From: a virus
Lineage: Duplodnaviria > Caudoviricetes
DNA length: 39,683 nucleotides
Direction: 5' to 3' (one strand)
Virus record (IMG/VR): IMGVR_UViG_3300029156_000008
Span: 1-39,683 of that record
A program made the position numbers and the translations under genes. Positions 25,744 through 35,308 of the stretch are shown piece after piece. The first letter of the stretch is position 1. Each line of letters starts with the position of its first letter. The notes under the pieces were generated by a model, which saw only the letters and a list, made by a program, of their open reading frames with translations, did not search any database and was not told the DNA's origin.

Positions 25744-28700
25744 CTATGGAGCCCTGTTTGACGAGCTGAGGGGGAAGCCGAAGGTTGGCAACGACTATGG
25801 AGCCCTGTTTGACGAGCTGAGGGGGAAGCCGAAGGTTGGCAACGACTACGGGGCTTTGTTCGATGAGCTGGCCGGGAAGGCCCAGCCTCAGCAATTCGCT
25901 GAGGGCCCTTATGAAGAGGGTTTCAACGTCGAGTTCGCCCCCCAGGCAGACCAGTACGGCCTCGGCTTCGATCAGGCGACGGAGCTCGGACGCGCCCAGG
26001 CGGGCCAGGAGAGGGCAGACCTGGTCAATCAGGCCACAGGCGCGGCCCTCACAGCCCTCCGTCCTGCCGGGCTGATGAACAGGGGCCTCGCACTCGGCAC
26101 AGGATTGGCTCTAGGAGGGTTTGAGACCGCTACGGGGGCTGAACGCGGGTTCCTGACAGATGAGCGTCTGGAGAAGTACAGGGCGTCTCAGGGGCCTGCT
26201 CCGAGAAACAAGCTGGAGCAGACAATCGAGACGATCGGAGCCCAGCTCCCGAAGATGGCCCTCGGCACAGTCTCCTTACCTGCAACGGGCGTCCTGGGGA
26301 TGCTGGAGCTGGGCCAAGCGAACTATCTCGACACGCTTGAGGCCACGGGAGACAAGGATCAGGCCGAGAAGGTCTTCTGGGCCTCGTCTCCCCTGGGTCT
26401 CTCGGAGATGCTCCTTCCCGGTCTCTCGAGGCTCCCTGCCATGAAGCCCATCCTGGGTCGGCTGGGGCAGATCATGGCGAGGGCTCAGTCCAGCGGGAAG
26501 CTGGGTCGCGCCGGGCTCGGAGCCTTGACGGAGGGGCTCCAGGAGGGTGGGGAGACCTTCGCCTCCAACGTCATCGCGGATCACATGACCACCGAGGACC
26601 GGGACTGGCTCCAGGGGGTGGTGGAGAACACGGAGATGGGCGGCTATGTCGGAGGGGTCCTGAATCTGATCTTCCCGGCCCTGACGAAGCGGGTAAAGGG
26701 CGGGACCCAGCCTCCGGGCCCGTTAGGTACGGAGACCGATGCCCCGCCCCCGTCCAGCCCCACCGTGGGGTCGGACATCCAGTCCGGACAGGCTACCACG
26801 GAGCTGGAAGCCTCACTGGAGAACACCGCCATCCAGCGTGAGCGGAAACTAAAAGGATCTGAGGACGCTTATAATTCCACTTTTGAAAAGACGGAGGACC
26901 CCGTCTACGAAGCTGCCGTAGAGCGGGAGATGGCTAAGGGCATCGGCTTCAAGGCTGCTGACAAGATCGCCAGGGAGGAGTCCTCCGAGGCCTTCAGGCA
27001 GGCGGACATCGAGCGTGCCCGTAAGGAGGGAGCTCTGTTCCCCGAGGAGCTGACATCCATCCCGGAGATCCAGGCTCCGAAGGAGAAGGGTGGTGGAGCC
27101 AAGGCCATCCTCCCCGAGACTCCCCAGACCGCCCCGGTCTTCGATGATCCTGAGTTCACGGCCATCTACGAGACCGAGCTCGCGAAAGGTGATGGGCACA
27201 AGGCCGCCCTCGACCGTGCGCTTGCTCAGGCGGACGAAACGCTCGTTCCGAAGAGGGTCCGCGAAGACCTCCTGAAGCGAGGCTCTCTGTATCCGGAAAT
27301 CGAGGCTCAGGACACGATTGCGGATCAGGCAGAGAACCCGGTCAAGGCTCCGGACAAGCTCACCAACACCTTCGAGGTGCTGGACGAGGACGGGAACCCG
27401 ACAGGGGAGACGCGAACCGAGCGGGTGCTGGCTGATTCCCCGATCGCTCGGGTGCAACGAGCCGCACCCATCGTCGATCCCAAGGCCCCCTTCGCCGCTT
27501 ACCGAGTGAGCAAGGTCGGCAAGAAGAAGTCCATGTCGGCCTTCCTGGACTCCACGATCACCCCCGAGGATGTGGGTGCGGAGTCGGTCCAGGCCTTCCC
27601 CCCGCCTCTCAAGACGCTCCTGGGTCACTTCAAGAACCCCAAGGAAGCGAAGCTCCCGCCCAAGACCAAGGTCCCTTCGGTCAAGTCGAAGCATCCCACG
27701 ATGGAACTCCTGGATGGGTGGCTGGGGGATCGCCAGCTAGCTGACCAGGCCTACGAGATCGACGCCTCGAACAAGGAGAAGACGCTCTCGAACTTGCTCT
27801 CATCGGACGGCTTCAAGGGCAAGAAGGCGGTGCAGCAGGAGATCGCCGCCGCGATGCACCTCTACATCGACACCAAGGACAACTTCGATGCGGAGTACGC
27901 GAAGTTTGGCGAGAAGCTCACCCCAAGGCAGCAGCGCATCGTCAAGCGGATGCAGTCACTCTCCCCGGAGCTGAAGGCTTTCGCGGACCAGATTGCAGAG
28001 GAGAACAAGGCCTTCGGTGAGTTCTCGAAGGACAAGGGTGTGATCGAGAACGTGCGGGAGAACTACACCGCCCGCCTTTGGAAGCCCGACGCGAAGGGTC
28101 CGAAGGCTGCGAAGCACGGATCCTTCACCCAGAGCACGGGTCGTGCCCGCAGGCGAACCCTCTCCTCGATCCTGGAGGGGTGGGCTGAAGGGAAGGAGCT
28201 TGCAGTCGAGAGCGTGATCAATGCCCAGCTTCTCGCTCGCCAGCAAGTGGCTCAGGTCATCCACGACCGCAACCTGATTGAGGTGGGCAAGAAGTCTGGC
28301 ATGTTCACGGACAAGCCAGAGGAGGGCTATGCCCAGGTGGAGCACCCGAACTTCCAGCACTGGAAGTATTCAGGCAAGGGAGAGAATCTCGATACGTTCG
28401 GTAAGGGTGTGTTCGGAACGGAGGACGGAGCGATCCTGGAGCGTGTCCCGCTCTATGCCCCGGAGAAGCTGGCTGAGAGGCTCAACAACATCCTCGGCAA
28501 GAGTCGCCTCAAGGCCGAGACGATCACGAAGTACAACGCTCTGGCGAAGCAGACGTTGCTCTTCACGTCCCTGTTCCACCACCAGGCCTTCATCCGCTCC
28601 TTCACGGGCGGCACGCCGGGGTTCTTCTCGAACAAGACTTACAACATCCCCAAGCACTACAAGCAGGGGATGAAGGCGATCGAGGAGTTCACACCTGAGC

Positions 28701-29779
28701 TCCAAGGTCTCGTCCACGCCGGTCTGACCCTCGGCAAGATCCAGGACTTCGATGAGATGGCTGTCCAGCAGGACAACATCATCAACGACACGATCAACAA
28801 GGTCCCGATGGCGAAGGGCATCAAGGATAAGATCGTCGCGTTCCGTGATCAGCAGACCGACTTCCTCTTCAAGAAGATGGGCCCTGCCCTGAAGGCCCAA
28901 GCTGCGCTCCTCGAGTACCAGCACCTCGTCGAGAAGAACAAGGGAGCCTTGGCCGAAGGGAAGATCACCAGTTCAGATATCGCAGAGACGGTGGCGAGCA
29001 TCGTCAATGATGACTTTGGTGGGTTGAACCTCCAGAAGATGGGGCGGGACCCGACGAGGCAGCATATCTTCCGCCTTTTGGCTCTCGCTCCCGACTGGAC
29101 GGAGTCGAACGTCCGCTCGATGGTCAAGGCCTTCAAGGGAGGGTTCGAGGGCAAGGTCTACCGGAACATGTGGGCCCGTGTATTCGCGCGCTTCGGTGCC
29201 GCCACGGTGCTGTTCAACATGATGATGGCTAACTGGCCCGGAAGCGACGACGAAGAGCGCATGTCTCCGACAGAGCGGTTTGTCAGTCGCTACAAGAAGG
29301 CCTGGGATACCGGAAAGCTACGCTGGCTCGCGGTCGACATCAGCCCGATCTATCGAGCCACGGGCGGTGAAGACGGCACTCGGAAGTACTTCTCGGTGCT
29401 TGGCCACTTCAAGGACCCGATCAAGTTCGCCTTCAACCCGATCCGCTCTGCCAAGCACAAGTCCAGCCCCCTAGCCTCAATGGTCGCTGAAGCCGCTTTT
29501 GGTACCGACTGGGCGGGTCGCAGGTTCACGACCTTCGCGGAGTTACTGGGGATGGATGAGAAGGGTGACAAGAAGGGCGAGACGGTCACTTGGGACTTTG
29601 GGTCCGAACCGTTGAAGCCCAGTCAGTTCCCTTCGTACGTTATCTCCCAGGCCAAAGGGGTCATGCCGATCCAAGCACAGAATGCCGCAGCTCTCCTTGC
29701 TGGAGAGATGGATTGGTTCAGCGCCATCACCACAGGCTTGGGCCTGATGGTGAGCACCGAGAAAGAGAAAGACCAATGA
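25730..29779 (+). CDS. Large internal virion/DNA ejection protein
   Basis: 1349 aa helical protein; EGLQEGGE motif in a Gly/Ala-rich N-region; LALAPDWT helical C-domain. Confidence 0.75.
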   Translation: MVQGDYGALFDELRGKPKVGNDYGALFDELRGKPKVGNDYGALFDELAGKAQPQQFAEGPYEEGFNVEFAPQADQYGLGFDQATELGRAQAGQERADLVNQATGAALTALRPAGLMNRGLALGTGLALGGFETATGAERGFLTDERLEKYRASQGPAPRNKLEQTIETIGAQLPKMALGTVSLPATGVLGMLELGQANYLDTLEATGDKDQAEKVFWASSPLGLSEMLLPGLSRLPAMKPILGRLGQIMARAQSSGKLGRAGLGALTEGLQEGGETFASNVIADHMTTEDRDWLQGVVENTEMGGYVGGVLNLIFPALTKRVKGGTQPPGPLGTETDAPPPSSPTVGSDIQSGQATTELEASLENTAIQRERKLKGSEDAYNSTFEKTEDPVYEAAVEREMAKGIGFKAADKIAREESSEAFRQADIERARKEGALFPEELTSIPEIQAPKEKGGGAKAILPETPQTAPVFDDPEFTAIYETELAKGDGHKAALDRALAQADETLVPKRVREDLLKRGSLYPEIEAQDTIADQAENPVKAPDKLTNTFEVLDEDGNPTGETRTERVLADSPIARVQRAAPIVDPKAPFAAYRVSKVGKKKSMSAFLDSTITPEDVGAESVQAFPPPLKTLLGHFKNPKEAKLPPKTKVPSVKSKHPTMELLDGWLGDRQLADQAYEIDASNKEKTLSNLLSSDGFKGKKAVQQEIAAAMHLYIDTKDNFDAEYAKFGEKLTPRQQRIVKRMQSLSPELKAFADQIAEENKAFGEFSKDKGVIENVRENYTARLWKPDAKGPKAAKHGSFTQSTGRARRRTLSSILEGWAEGKELAVESVINAQLLARQQVAQVIHDRNLIEVGKKSGMFTDKPEEGYAQVEHPNFQHWKYSGKGENLDTFGKGVFGTEDGAILERVPLYAPEKLAERLNNILGKSRLKAETITKYNALAKQTLLFTSLFHHQAFIRSFTGGTPGFFSNKTYNIPKHYKQGMKAIEEFTPELQGLVHAGLTLGKIQDFDEMAVQQDNIINDTINKVPMAKGIKDKIVAFRDQQTDFLFKKMGPALKAQAALLEYQHLVEKNKGALAEGKITSSDIAETVASIVNDDFGGLNLQKMGRDPTRQHIFRLLALAPDWTESNVRSMVKAFKGGFEGKVYRNMWARVFARFGAATVLFNMMMANWPGSDDEERMSPTERFVSRYKKAWDTGKLRWLAVDISPIYRATGGEDGTRKYFSVLGHFKDPIKFAFNPIRSAKHKSSPLASMVAEAAFGTDWAGRRFTTFAELLGMDEKGDKKGETVTWDFGSEPLKPSQFPSYVISQAKGVMPIQAQNAAALLAGEMDWFSAITTGLGLMVSTEKEKDQ
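25742..25879 (+). repeat. 51-nt in-frame tandem repeat (two identical copies plus a diverged partial copy)
   Basis: Units start at 25742, 25793 and 25844 and encode DYGALFDELRGKPKVGN. Confidence 0.95.
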
Positions 29780-30162
29780 AGTATCTGATCTGCGCCGCCC
29801 TGGCGCTTACCACGACCTCGTGTCTCGTCACATCTGAAGACCTTCGAACCTTCGAGGAGGAGACCGCTGCAATCCTCGCGGACCAGGCTCTGACCTCGGA
29901 GCAGAAGCTTGAGCAGCTCGGCGAGGAGTCGGAGATCCTGGCCGAGAAGGTCGAGGAGCGAGGCAAGGCCCTGACGCTCCCGATCACCACGGGGAACGGG
30001 ATGGCGGATCTCGCGGTCCTGGCCCTCTCCCTGATCACCGGTTCTGTCGCAACCACGAACAAGATGCGGAACAAGAACCGGATGCAGCGTGGTGAGCCGG
30101 TTGCTACCGACCCTGTGGCGGTGAGAGCCGTGAACGGCGGCAACCCGCTACGACATAGCTAG
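29776..30162 (+). CDS. Lipoprotein with C-terminal TM helix (u-spanin-like)
   Basis: MKYLICAALALTTTSC lipobox-like signal, acidic helical spacer, hydrophobic LAVLALSLITGSVA, then basic tail. Confidence 0.6.
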   Translation: MKYLICAALALTTTSCLVTSEDLRTFEEETAAILADQALTSEQKLEQLGEESEILAEKVEERGKALTLPITTGNGMADLAVLALSLITGSVATTNKMRNKNRMQRGEPVATDPVAVRAVNGGNPLRHS

Positions 30163-30431
30163 CCGACCCAGTCCCGCCAGTCATCTATCAGATGGCTGTG
30201 GACGAGATCGTGGCATCCCCCGGGTCCTCCACAGAGGCAGGCCCCGTTGGACCAGTGGTTGGTGCCTCCCCTGGACTTGGGGATGATGTGGTGCGCGTGG
30301 AGGTTTGATCTTCCACCGCACCGCTCGCATTCATGCCCCGCCCTTCGGAGTACCTCTTCACGGAAGACCCGTAGCTCTGCCAGCTCCCTTTGCTTCCTGG
30401 CTCCGATACGGCGTAATCTCTTCCGTCTCAT
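30159..30431 (-). CDS. HNH endonuclease (small)
   Basis: CERCG, HAHHIIPKSRGGTN, NGACLC...CHDLVH. Confidence 0.85.
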   Translation of the reverse strand: MRRKRLRRIGARKQRELAELRVFREEVLRRAGHECERCGGRSNLHAHHIIPKSRGGTNHWSNGACLCGGPGGCHDLVHSHLIDDWRDWVG

Positions 30432-30481
30432 GGAAGTTTTTACCACATCGGGGGTTACGAGATCCCCAGAGAGCGGATGAC

Positions 30482-30811
30482 ATGGGCGTATGGAAGGGAC
30501 ACGAGAACTTCAAGGTCTTCCTCAGGAAGGCGGGGTATGGAACGGGGAAGAAGGACCTGGAGCGCTTCTGCGCGGACCTGGATCTTCCCAAGCCCCCTAC
30601 TCCGGGTTCGGTGAAGATCACCTGCTTGAAGTCGAAGAGTCAGGGGTACAAGCGTCCGGGAACGAAGGCTGCGATCTTCAAGGCCCTCAACTGCGAGGAG
30701 TCGGACCTGTATGAAGAGCCACGAAAAGCGGATCCACCGCCCCGTGATTCGACATGGGCTCGGGTTAGTTCAGGATGCGACCTGGAGACTCGTCGCTCGT
30801 GGCCAGTCTGA
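30482..30811 (+). CDS. Putative Cro/XRE-like DNA-binding protein
   Basis: RPGTKAAIFKALNCEESDLY resembles the XRE C-terminal helices; divergent from the HNH gene. Confidence 0.5.
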   Translation: MGVWKGHENFKVFLRKAGYGTGKKDLERFCADLDLPKPPTPGSVKITCLKSKSQGYKRPGTKAAIFKALNCEESDLYEEPRKADPPPRDSTWARVSSGCDLETRRSWPV

Positions 30812-31037
30812 TCGGACGGAGATCAACTTCATCGGGCACGGCCCGCATGAGGATGGAACGAGCTGGTCTGCTGATTGGAACTCCAACGGGACGAGTTCTG
30901 TTGGGTCCAGGGATGGAGGCGGCTTCGAGATTGTCTACGACCCGTGGGAAGTCATGGATCACTTGGCTGACTACCTTGGAATCAAGCAAGAGGATCGAAC
31001 GTGGAGCAAGCAGATAGAGAGACCGGATTTGGGGTAA
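30711..31037 (+). CDS. Hypothetical protein
   Basis: Globular-looking ORF filling the gap; true start uncertain because of a 100-nt overlap. Confidence 0.45.
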   Translation: MKSHEKRIHRPVIRHGLGLVQDATWRLVARGQSDRTEINFIGHGPHEDGTSWSADWNSNGTSSVGSRDGGGFEIVYDPWEVMDHLADYLGIKQEDRTWSKQIERPDLG

Positions 31038-31798
31038 GCGATGTGGCTTCCATCGAGAGTGCGGTAAAGCAGCTCGACCTAGCTTGGGAGCCGGATGACT
31101 GGCGGTTCCACTACCGGGGCATCGGAGCGGATGGAAAGTTCATCTGTTCGATCGAGAGGGTGGTGGCCAAGCGGGAGAAGGACGGGGTCTTCTGGGTGAA
31201 GCGAGAAGGCATTGCCCCTTCTTGGCAACAGGCCTTCCTTCGGGCTTTCGCCTACTGGGGTGGGAGGGTGCCTGAGAAGCTCCTGGCGGACCCGATCCCC
31301 GAGAAGCGCTCTGCACCTCAGGGGGCTCCGAAGCCGTACCAGCGCAGCACAGCGCCTCGTGCGTCAGCCTTCCTGCCCTCGACCTACGCAGGTCCTGTGC
31401 CTTGGAAGGCAGACATCCACCCCAGCCATCCACCCATCTTTGCTCCGGAGCCTCCTGAGGAGCCTGACTGGTTTGGAACTCCGATCAAGGGGAAGATGAA
31501 GTCCAAGTTCGGGGAGATCCTGACCTGGGGTGAAGTGGCTAGGGACGAGGTGAACAACCCCAACGCCTACGATGCACCTTATGGCTACATGGTCTGGTGC
31601 GTGGAGAAGCAGGTTGAGAAGTACGACACGGAGGAAGATCGCATGAAGTACGGAAAGCACTTCCACACATGGATGGGGAAGGCCAAGGCCACGATGATCT
31701 GGGTCGAGCAGGCCAAGAAGCAGGAGAGGGTGCCTGCTGGTGGCTTCGTGGGGGATGTTCCTGTCCCGGATGTGGGAGAGGACGAGACCCCATTTTGA
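31001..31798 (+). CDS. Rad52/Sak-like single-strand annealing protein
   Basis: WRFHY...FICSI...WVKREG...AFLRAFAYWG pattern; Pro-rich linker; acidic EDETPF C-terminus. Confidence 0.6.
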   Translation: MEQADRETGFGVSDVASIESAVKQLDLAWEPDDWRFHYRGIGADGKFICSIERVVAKREKDGVFWVKREGIAPSWQQAFLRAFAYWGGRVPEKLLADPIPEKRSAPQGAPKPYQRSTAPRASAFLPSTYAGPVPWKADIHPSHPPIFAPEPPEEPDWFGTPIKGKMKSKFGEILTWGEVARDEVNNPNAYDAPYGYMVWCVEKQVEKYDTEEDRMKYGKHFHTWMGKAKATMIWVEQAKKQERVPAGGFVGDVPVPDVGEDETPF

Positions 31799-31959
31799 TA
31801 CCCACTATCGGATTCCTGGGTCTTGGGTGATACTCAAGGTCCGGTCGGGGGGCGGGTCAGCTTCGAAACGTCCCGCCCCCCGACGAACTACACAGAAACC
31901 GGCGAGGCAAGATAGGTTGGTCCCTGGTTCCTCGCCACAACCGCATGGAGTTTCATTCG

Positions 31960-32775
31960 ATGAGACGACTTCTTCTTGCCGCCTTCGCGGTATCGCTGCT
32001 GTCACTGGAAGTTTCTTCGCAGAACGGCGGACAGGACTGGGATGTTTTCTCCGGTCAGATCTCGCACCCCGGAACTTCGCCATTGGGGGTTCAGGGAGAC
32101 AACTACGGTTCGATCACGCTTCGAACACTTCCTTCTCGAACCCTCCGGTGGACCGGCCTGCCCCAAGCCGGTGGACAGGGTTGGAAGTGGAAGGCGCAAG
32201 CCGACCTTCCCGACTGGACCTTCGGCATCAACGGGAACCTCCCGAACATGCAGGGTGGATTGCACCCTGAGCTATGGGAGGACAACAACAGCACCCCCGG
32301 CCCGTTGGTCAGCCCCGAGAACGATTTGGGGACTCTCCCCCATCACGGACCGGGCTCCGGCGGTGGGATCCTTGGAGCGAACACATCTGGTGGCGCAGGC
32401 CCGAAGAAAAGCTCGGACGACGAGGACATCATCCCCCCGACGTATCGGCTCAAGCCGGGCGAGACGCACACTACGCCGAACGGTTCGGTAGTGACGAACA
32501 CTCAGAGCTCTGAGGGCAAGGTCCTCGTTTCGGGCAATCACATCATCGCGAAGGACGGAGCGCGCGTGACAGTGTCGGGAACATCCCCGACGACCCGCGT
32601 CAGCATTGGCGATGGGTCTGCTGCATCCGTGGTCGGTGACGGTGGGCGTCACTCGATGGGGCACAACAGCGTGTTTATCATGGGCAACACCGGGCAGACT
32701 GCTGCCTACATCCACTCGCCGGGAGGCACGACGACTGTCGTTCAGCCTGGCGACACTGGGACCGTGAACTCATGA
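31960..32775 (+). CDS. Secreted Gly/Ser/Thr-rich protein
   Basis: Signal peptide MRRLLLAAFAVSLLSLEVSS; beta-rich C-terminal part. Confidence 0.7.
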   Translation: MRRLLLAAFAVSLLSLEVSSQNGGQDWDVFSGQISHPGTSPLGVQGDNYGSITLRTLPSRTLRWTGLPQAGGQGWKWKAQADLPDWTFGINGNLPNMQGGLHPELWEDNNSTPGPLVSPENDLGTLPHHGPGSGGGILGANTSGGAGPKKSSDDEDIIPPTYRLKPGETHTTPNGSVVTNTQSSEGKVLVSGNHIIAKDGARVTVSGTSPTTRVSIGDGSAASVVGDGGRHSMGHNSVFIMGNTGQTAAYIHSPGGTTTVVQPGDTGTVNS

Positions 32776-33314
32776 AGTGGATCATCGCAAGCGCCCTGGC
32801 GCTGGTGGTCGTTCTGGGCTTGATTGCTTCGCTGGAGCGAAAGCCTGCGGAGACAGCCCTGCCCGCAGTCCTTGTTCCTCAGGAGACCGTCGTTGAGCTC
32901 CTCGAGGCAGAGCCCCTGCCTCTCGACCTACCGTGTCGGGTAGCGACCGAGCCGAGGGTGAGATCTTCACCCATCATCGAAGGTGAGCCAGTGATCCTTC
33001 GGCCTTTCGCTCCAAACCCTAAGCCGACGGTGAAGTCTCCGATGTCCTCCGGGCCTCCCAGGAGCATGGAGTACATCGCAGCTCGAACCGCCCTCCTCGC
33101 AAGACAGGAGGAGGAGCGCTGGGAGGCGTTGAAGGCAGAGCCTGACTTCCGAGAGAAGCAGGTAGACGAGCTGGTCAAGCGCTGGGAGTTCCGTACCGGC
33201 AAGAGGATCAGCGATGAGGCCCGTCACGAACTCCTGGCTGCCGCCCACAGAGGGTGGGATGGCGATCAGGAGGGAGTCTTTGCAGAGATCGTTTCGGCGT
33301 TCCCTGCGGAGTGA
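32772..33314 (+). CDS. Membrane-anchored Pro-rich protein
   Basis: N-terminal TM helix, Pro-rich linker, helical C-domain; ATGA coupled. Confidence 0.7.
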   Translation: MKWIIASALALVVVLGLIASLERKPAETALPAVLVPQETVVELLEAEPLPLDLPCRVATEPRVRSSPIIEGEPVILRPFAPNPKPTVKSPMSSGPPRSMEYIAARTALLARQEEERWEALKAEPDFREKQVDELVKRWEFRTGKRISDEARHELLAAAHRGWDGDQEGVFAEIVSAFPAE

Positions 33315-33322
33315 GGGAGAGG

Positions 33323-33378
33323 GGGCCTGGCGCTGAGGAACCTGAAGGGGGGGCTTTGGCGTCAGGCCCATTTTCTTG
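33323..33378 (+). terminator. Possible terminator/inverted repeat
   Basis: GGGCCTGGCGC ... GCGTCAGGCCC followed by ATTTTCTT; the loop is long. Confidence 0.35.
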
Positions 33379-33391
33379 CTAGACCGTGGGG

Positions 33392-34663
33392 ATGAAGCTC
33401 ACGGACGTAGCAGAAGCAAAGGCACCCAGTATTCCGACGGACCGCGTTCTCCCTGGGACGAAGGTCATCAAGCTCCCCCCGAAGGACCTGAACGGTCTCC
33501 AGGTCAACTGGCCGAAGACGAACACGGGTCACAAGAACCGCTTCGCCTGCGATCCGGAGGAGTACCCGAACGGGATCCTCTTCACGCGGGAGGACACCAG
33601 CCAGCCGATCAACGTCACGAACGACGGGAGCTTCCACAGCACGCTCTTGGTCGGTGAGGGGAAGGTGACGTTCGACGAGGGCTTCAACTTCTTCTCCAGT
33701 CCTACGACCGGGGGGACGGTGGTGTGGACGTCGCTCTACAAGAAGCACGGTGGGAAGGACGTCTTCCTTGGTGCGATCGGCTGTGAGTTCCACGTCCTCG
33801 AGCCCCTAAACCCTGATGGTCGAGCGAAGTGGGGGCTTCAGCTCCACAACACCCAGGACGTCTTCATTGGCTGCCAGGTGTGGGCTGGTCATGCCGGGGA
33901 GCACGCTCGCTACGGCCACGGTCAGTCGAGCTATGGAGCTCCGTACTGGTCGGACTGCATCATCTGGGATGCGGGGGCTGAGTGCTGGAAGCAGGCCAAC
34001 CGTCCGGAGGAGGGGGCTGAGTTCTTTCCGGACCAGGTGATCACCATCGACCAATGCACCTTCCAGGACTGGTTCCGTCGTGGTGCGATGGGGGGCGGGA
34101 TTGTGCTCCAGGGGACGGGGTCGCACCTGAAGCTCACGAACACCCGATTGAGGTCGGGTCCTGTGGCGGGGCGTCCTGCTGCCCTGATGGTGGATGACGG
34201 GTACGGAGCGAAGGACCACCATGGAGCTCGAGCTCACGACATCCACACGGGCAGAGAGATCCCGAAGTTCAACGAGGACCCGAGCCTCTGCGCCAACGGC
34301 TACATCATCATTGAGGACACGGCTGTCGAGGTCGGAGGGGACCGCCAGAGCCACCAACCTCTGGTTCGGGTAGGCCCGATGGAGTCCCAGGTCCCCCACA
34401 AGACTGCTCAGGGGGTCTCCATGGTCCGCTGCGGGGTTTACGGGCGGAACACGAAGGTGGAGTTGTCGAAGATCGAAACGACGCCCAGGGGCTTCCCAGG
34501 GATCGCCATCGCCCAATGCAACACGCCTGAGGTCCGGGCGTACATGGAGGCTACTGGGTTCGCGTGTGACGGTGAGCCGATGCTGGCCCAGAAGGAGACT
34601 GGGGTGTGGCGTCCATTCGAGCGTGGATTTCACCCCATGGATTTCGATCCGGTGGTAGGTTGA
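33392..34663 (+). CDS. Right-handed beta-helix (pectin-lyase-like) protein
   Basis: Repeating stack motifs FIGCQV, WSDCII, IDQCTF, LTNTRL, IEDTAV, MVRCGV. Confidence 0.65.
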   Translation: MKLTDVAEAKAPSIPTDRVLPGTKVIKLPPKDLNGLQVNWPKTNTGHKNRFACDPEEYPNGILFTREDTSQPINVTNDGSFHSTLLVGEGKVTFDEGFNFFSSPTTGGTVVWTSLYKKHGGKDVFLGAIGCEFHVLEPLNPDGRAKWGLQLHNTQDVFIGCQVWAGHAGEHARYGHGQSSYGAPYWSDCIIWDAGAECWKQANRPEEGAEFFPDQVITIDQCTFQDWFRRGAMGGGIVLQGTGSHLKLTNTRLRSGPVAGRPAALMVDDGYGAKDHHGARAHDIHTGREIPKFNEDPSLCANGYIIIEDTAVEVGGDRQSHQPLVRVGPMESQVPHKTAQGVSMVRCGVYGRNTKVELSKIETTPRGFPGIAIAQCNTPEVRAYMEATGFACDGEPMLAQKETGVWRPFERGFHPMDFDPVVG

Positions 34664-34779
34664 GCCTTGAGGAGGGTCTGGCCCCGCATCGTTGAGGCTT
34701 TGAGCGTGGGGCCAGCATCTGAACCCCGGGGTGGTGCGCCATCCTGGCAAAACCGTATCGAAGCCAGCGCACACACCCC

Positions 34780-35016
34780 ATGAGACTGATCCTTGGATCC
34801 TTGGTTCTTTTCTTTCTGGCGGAGGATAGGTATCCGCCGCACTTCCCGAGACGGGAGGAGTGGAGCGTCTCGCGTCTTGACCGCAAGGCGAAGGAGACGG
34901 CGTTCTTCCTGGTCTACGGCCTTCCGGACGAGGACATGGTCTTCTTTCTGGACCGGTTGGTTTACCACTACGGCATCCACCAGCAGCGTGAGAAGGATCA
35001 CGCCTGGCCCCCCTGA
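34780..35016 (+). CDS. Small protein with hydrophobic N-terminus
   Basis: MRLILGSLVLFFLA start; phage-like codon use. Confidence 0.55.
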   Translation: MRLILGSLVLFFLAEDRYPPHFPRREEWSVSRLDRKAKETAFFLVYGLPDEDMVFFLDRLVYHYGIHQQREKDHAWPP

Positions 35017-35308
35017 CATGGCGAACTGGAGCAAGTCAGACAGGGATCAGCAGGTCAGCGAGTGGCTTCGGGATGAGTTCGCCATCGAGCTTCCCAAGGG
35101 GTCTCTCGAGTTGAAGTATCGAGAAGAACCGCCGTGAGGTGGTGATCGAGCGCTACATCAAGGCGAACGGGGACTATCGGACGGAGTTCGGGGTGCGCTA
35201 CGGACCGTTTTTCACGTACGGGAAGGCCCTTGAGGCTTTGAGGCTGGACAAGAAGGAAAACCCCCACCTCTACCTGTAGTATCTCCCCCAGTCGGGGCTG
35301 TTGGATCC

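Noticed and set aside
25742-25879. 51-nt repeats as CRISPR or DGR template/variable repeats
   Set aside because: In-frame coding tandem without spacers; differences are mostly synonymous; no reverse transcriptase in the window.
33806-34774. 322-aa minus-strand ORF
   Set aside because: Antisense to the beta-helix gene; no motifs.
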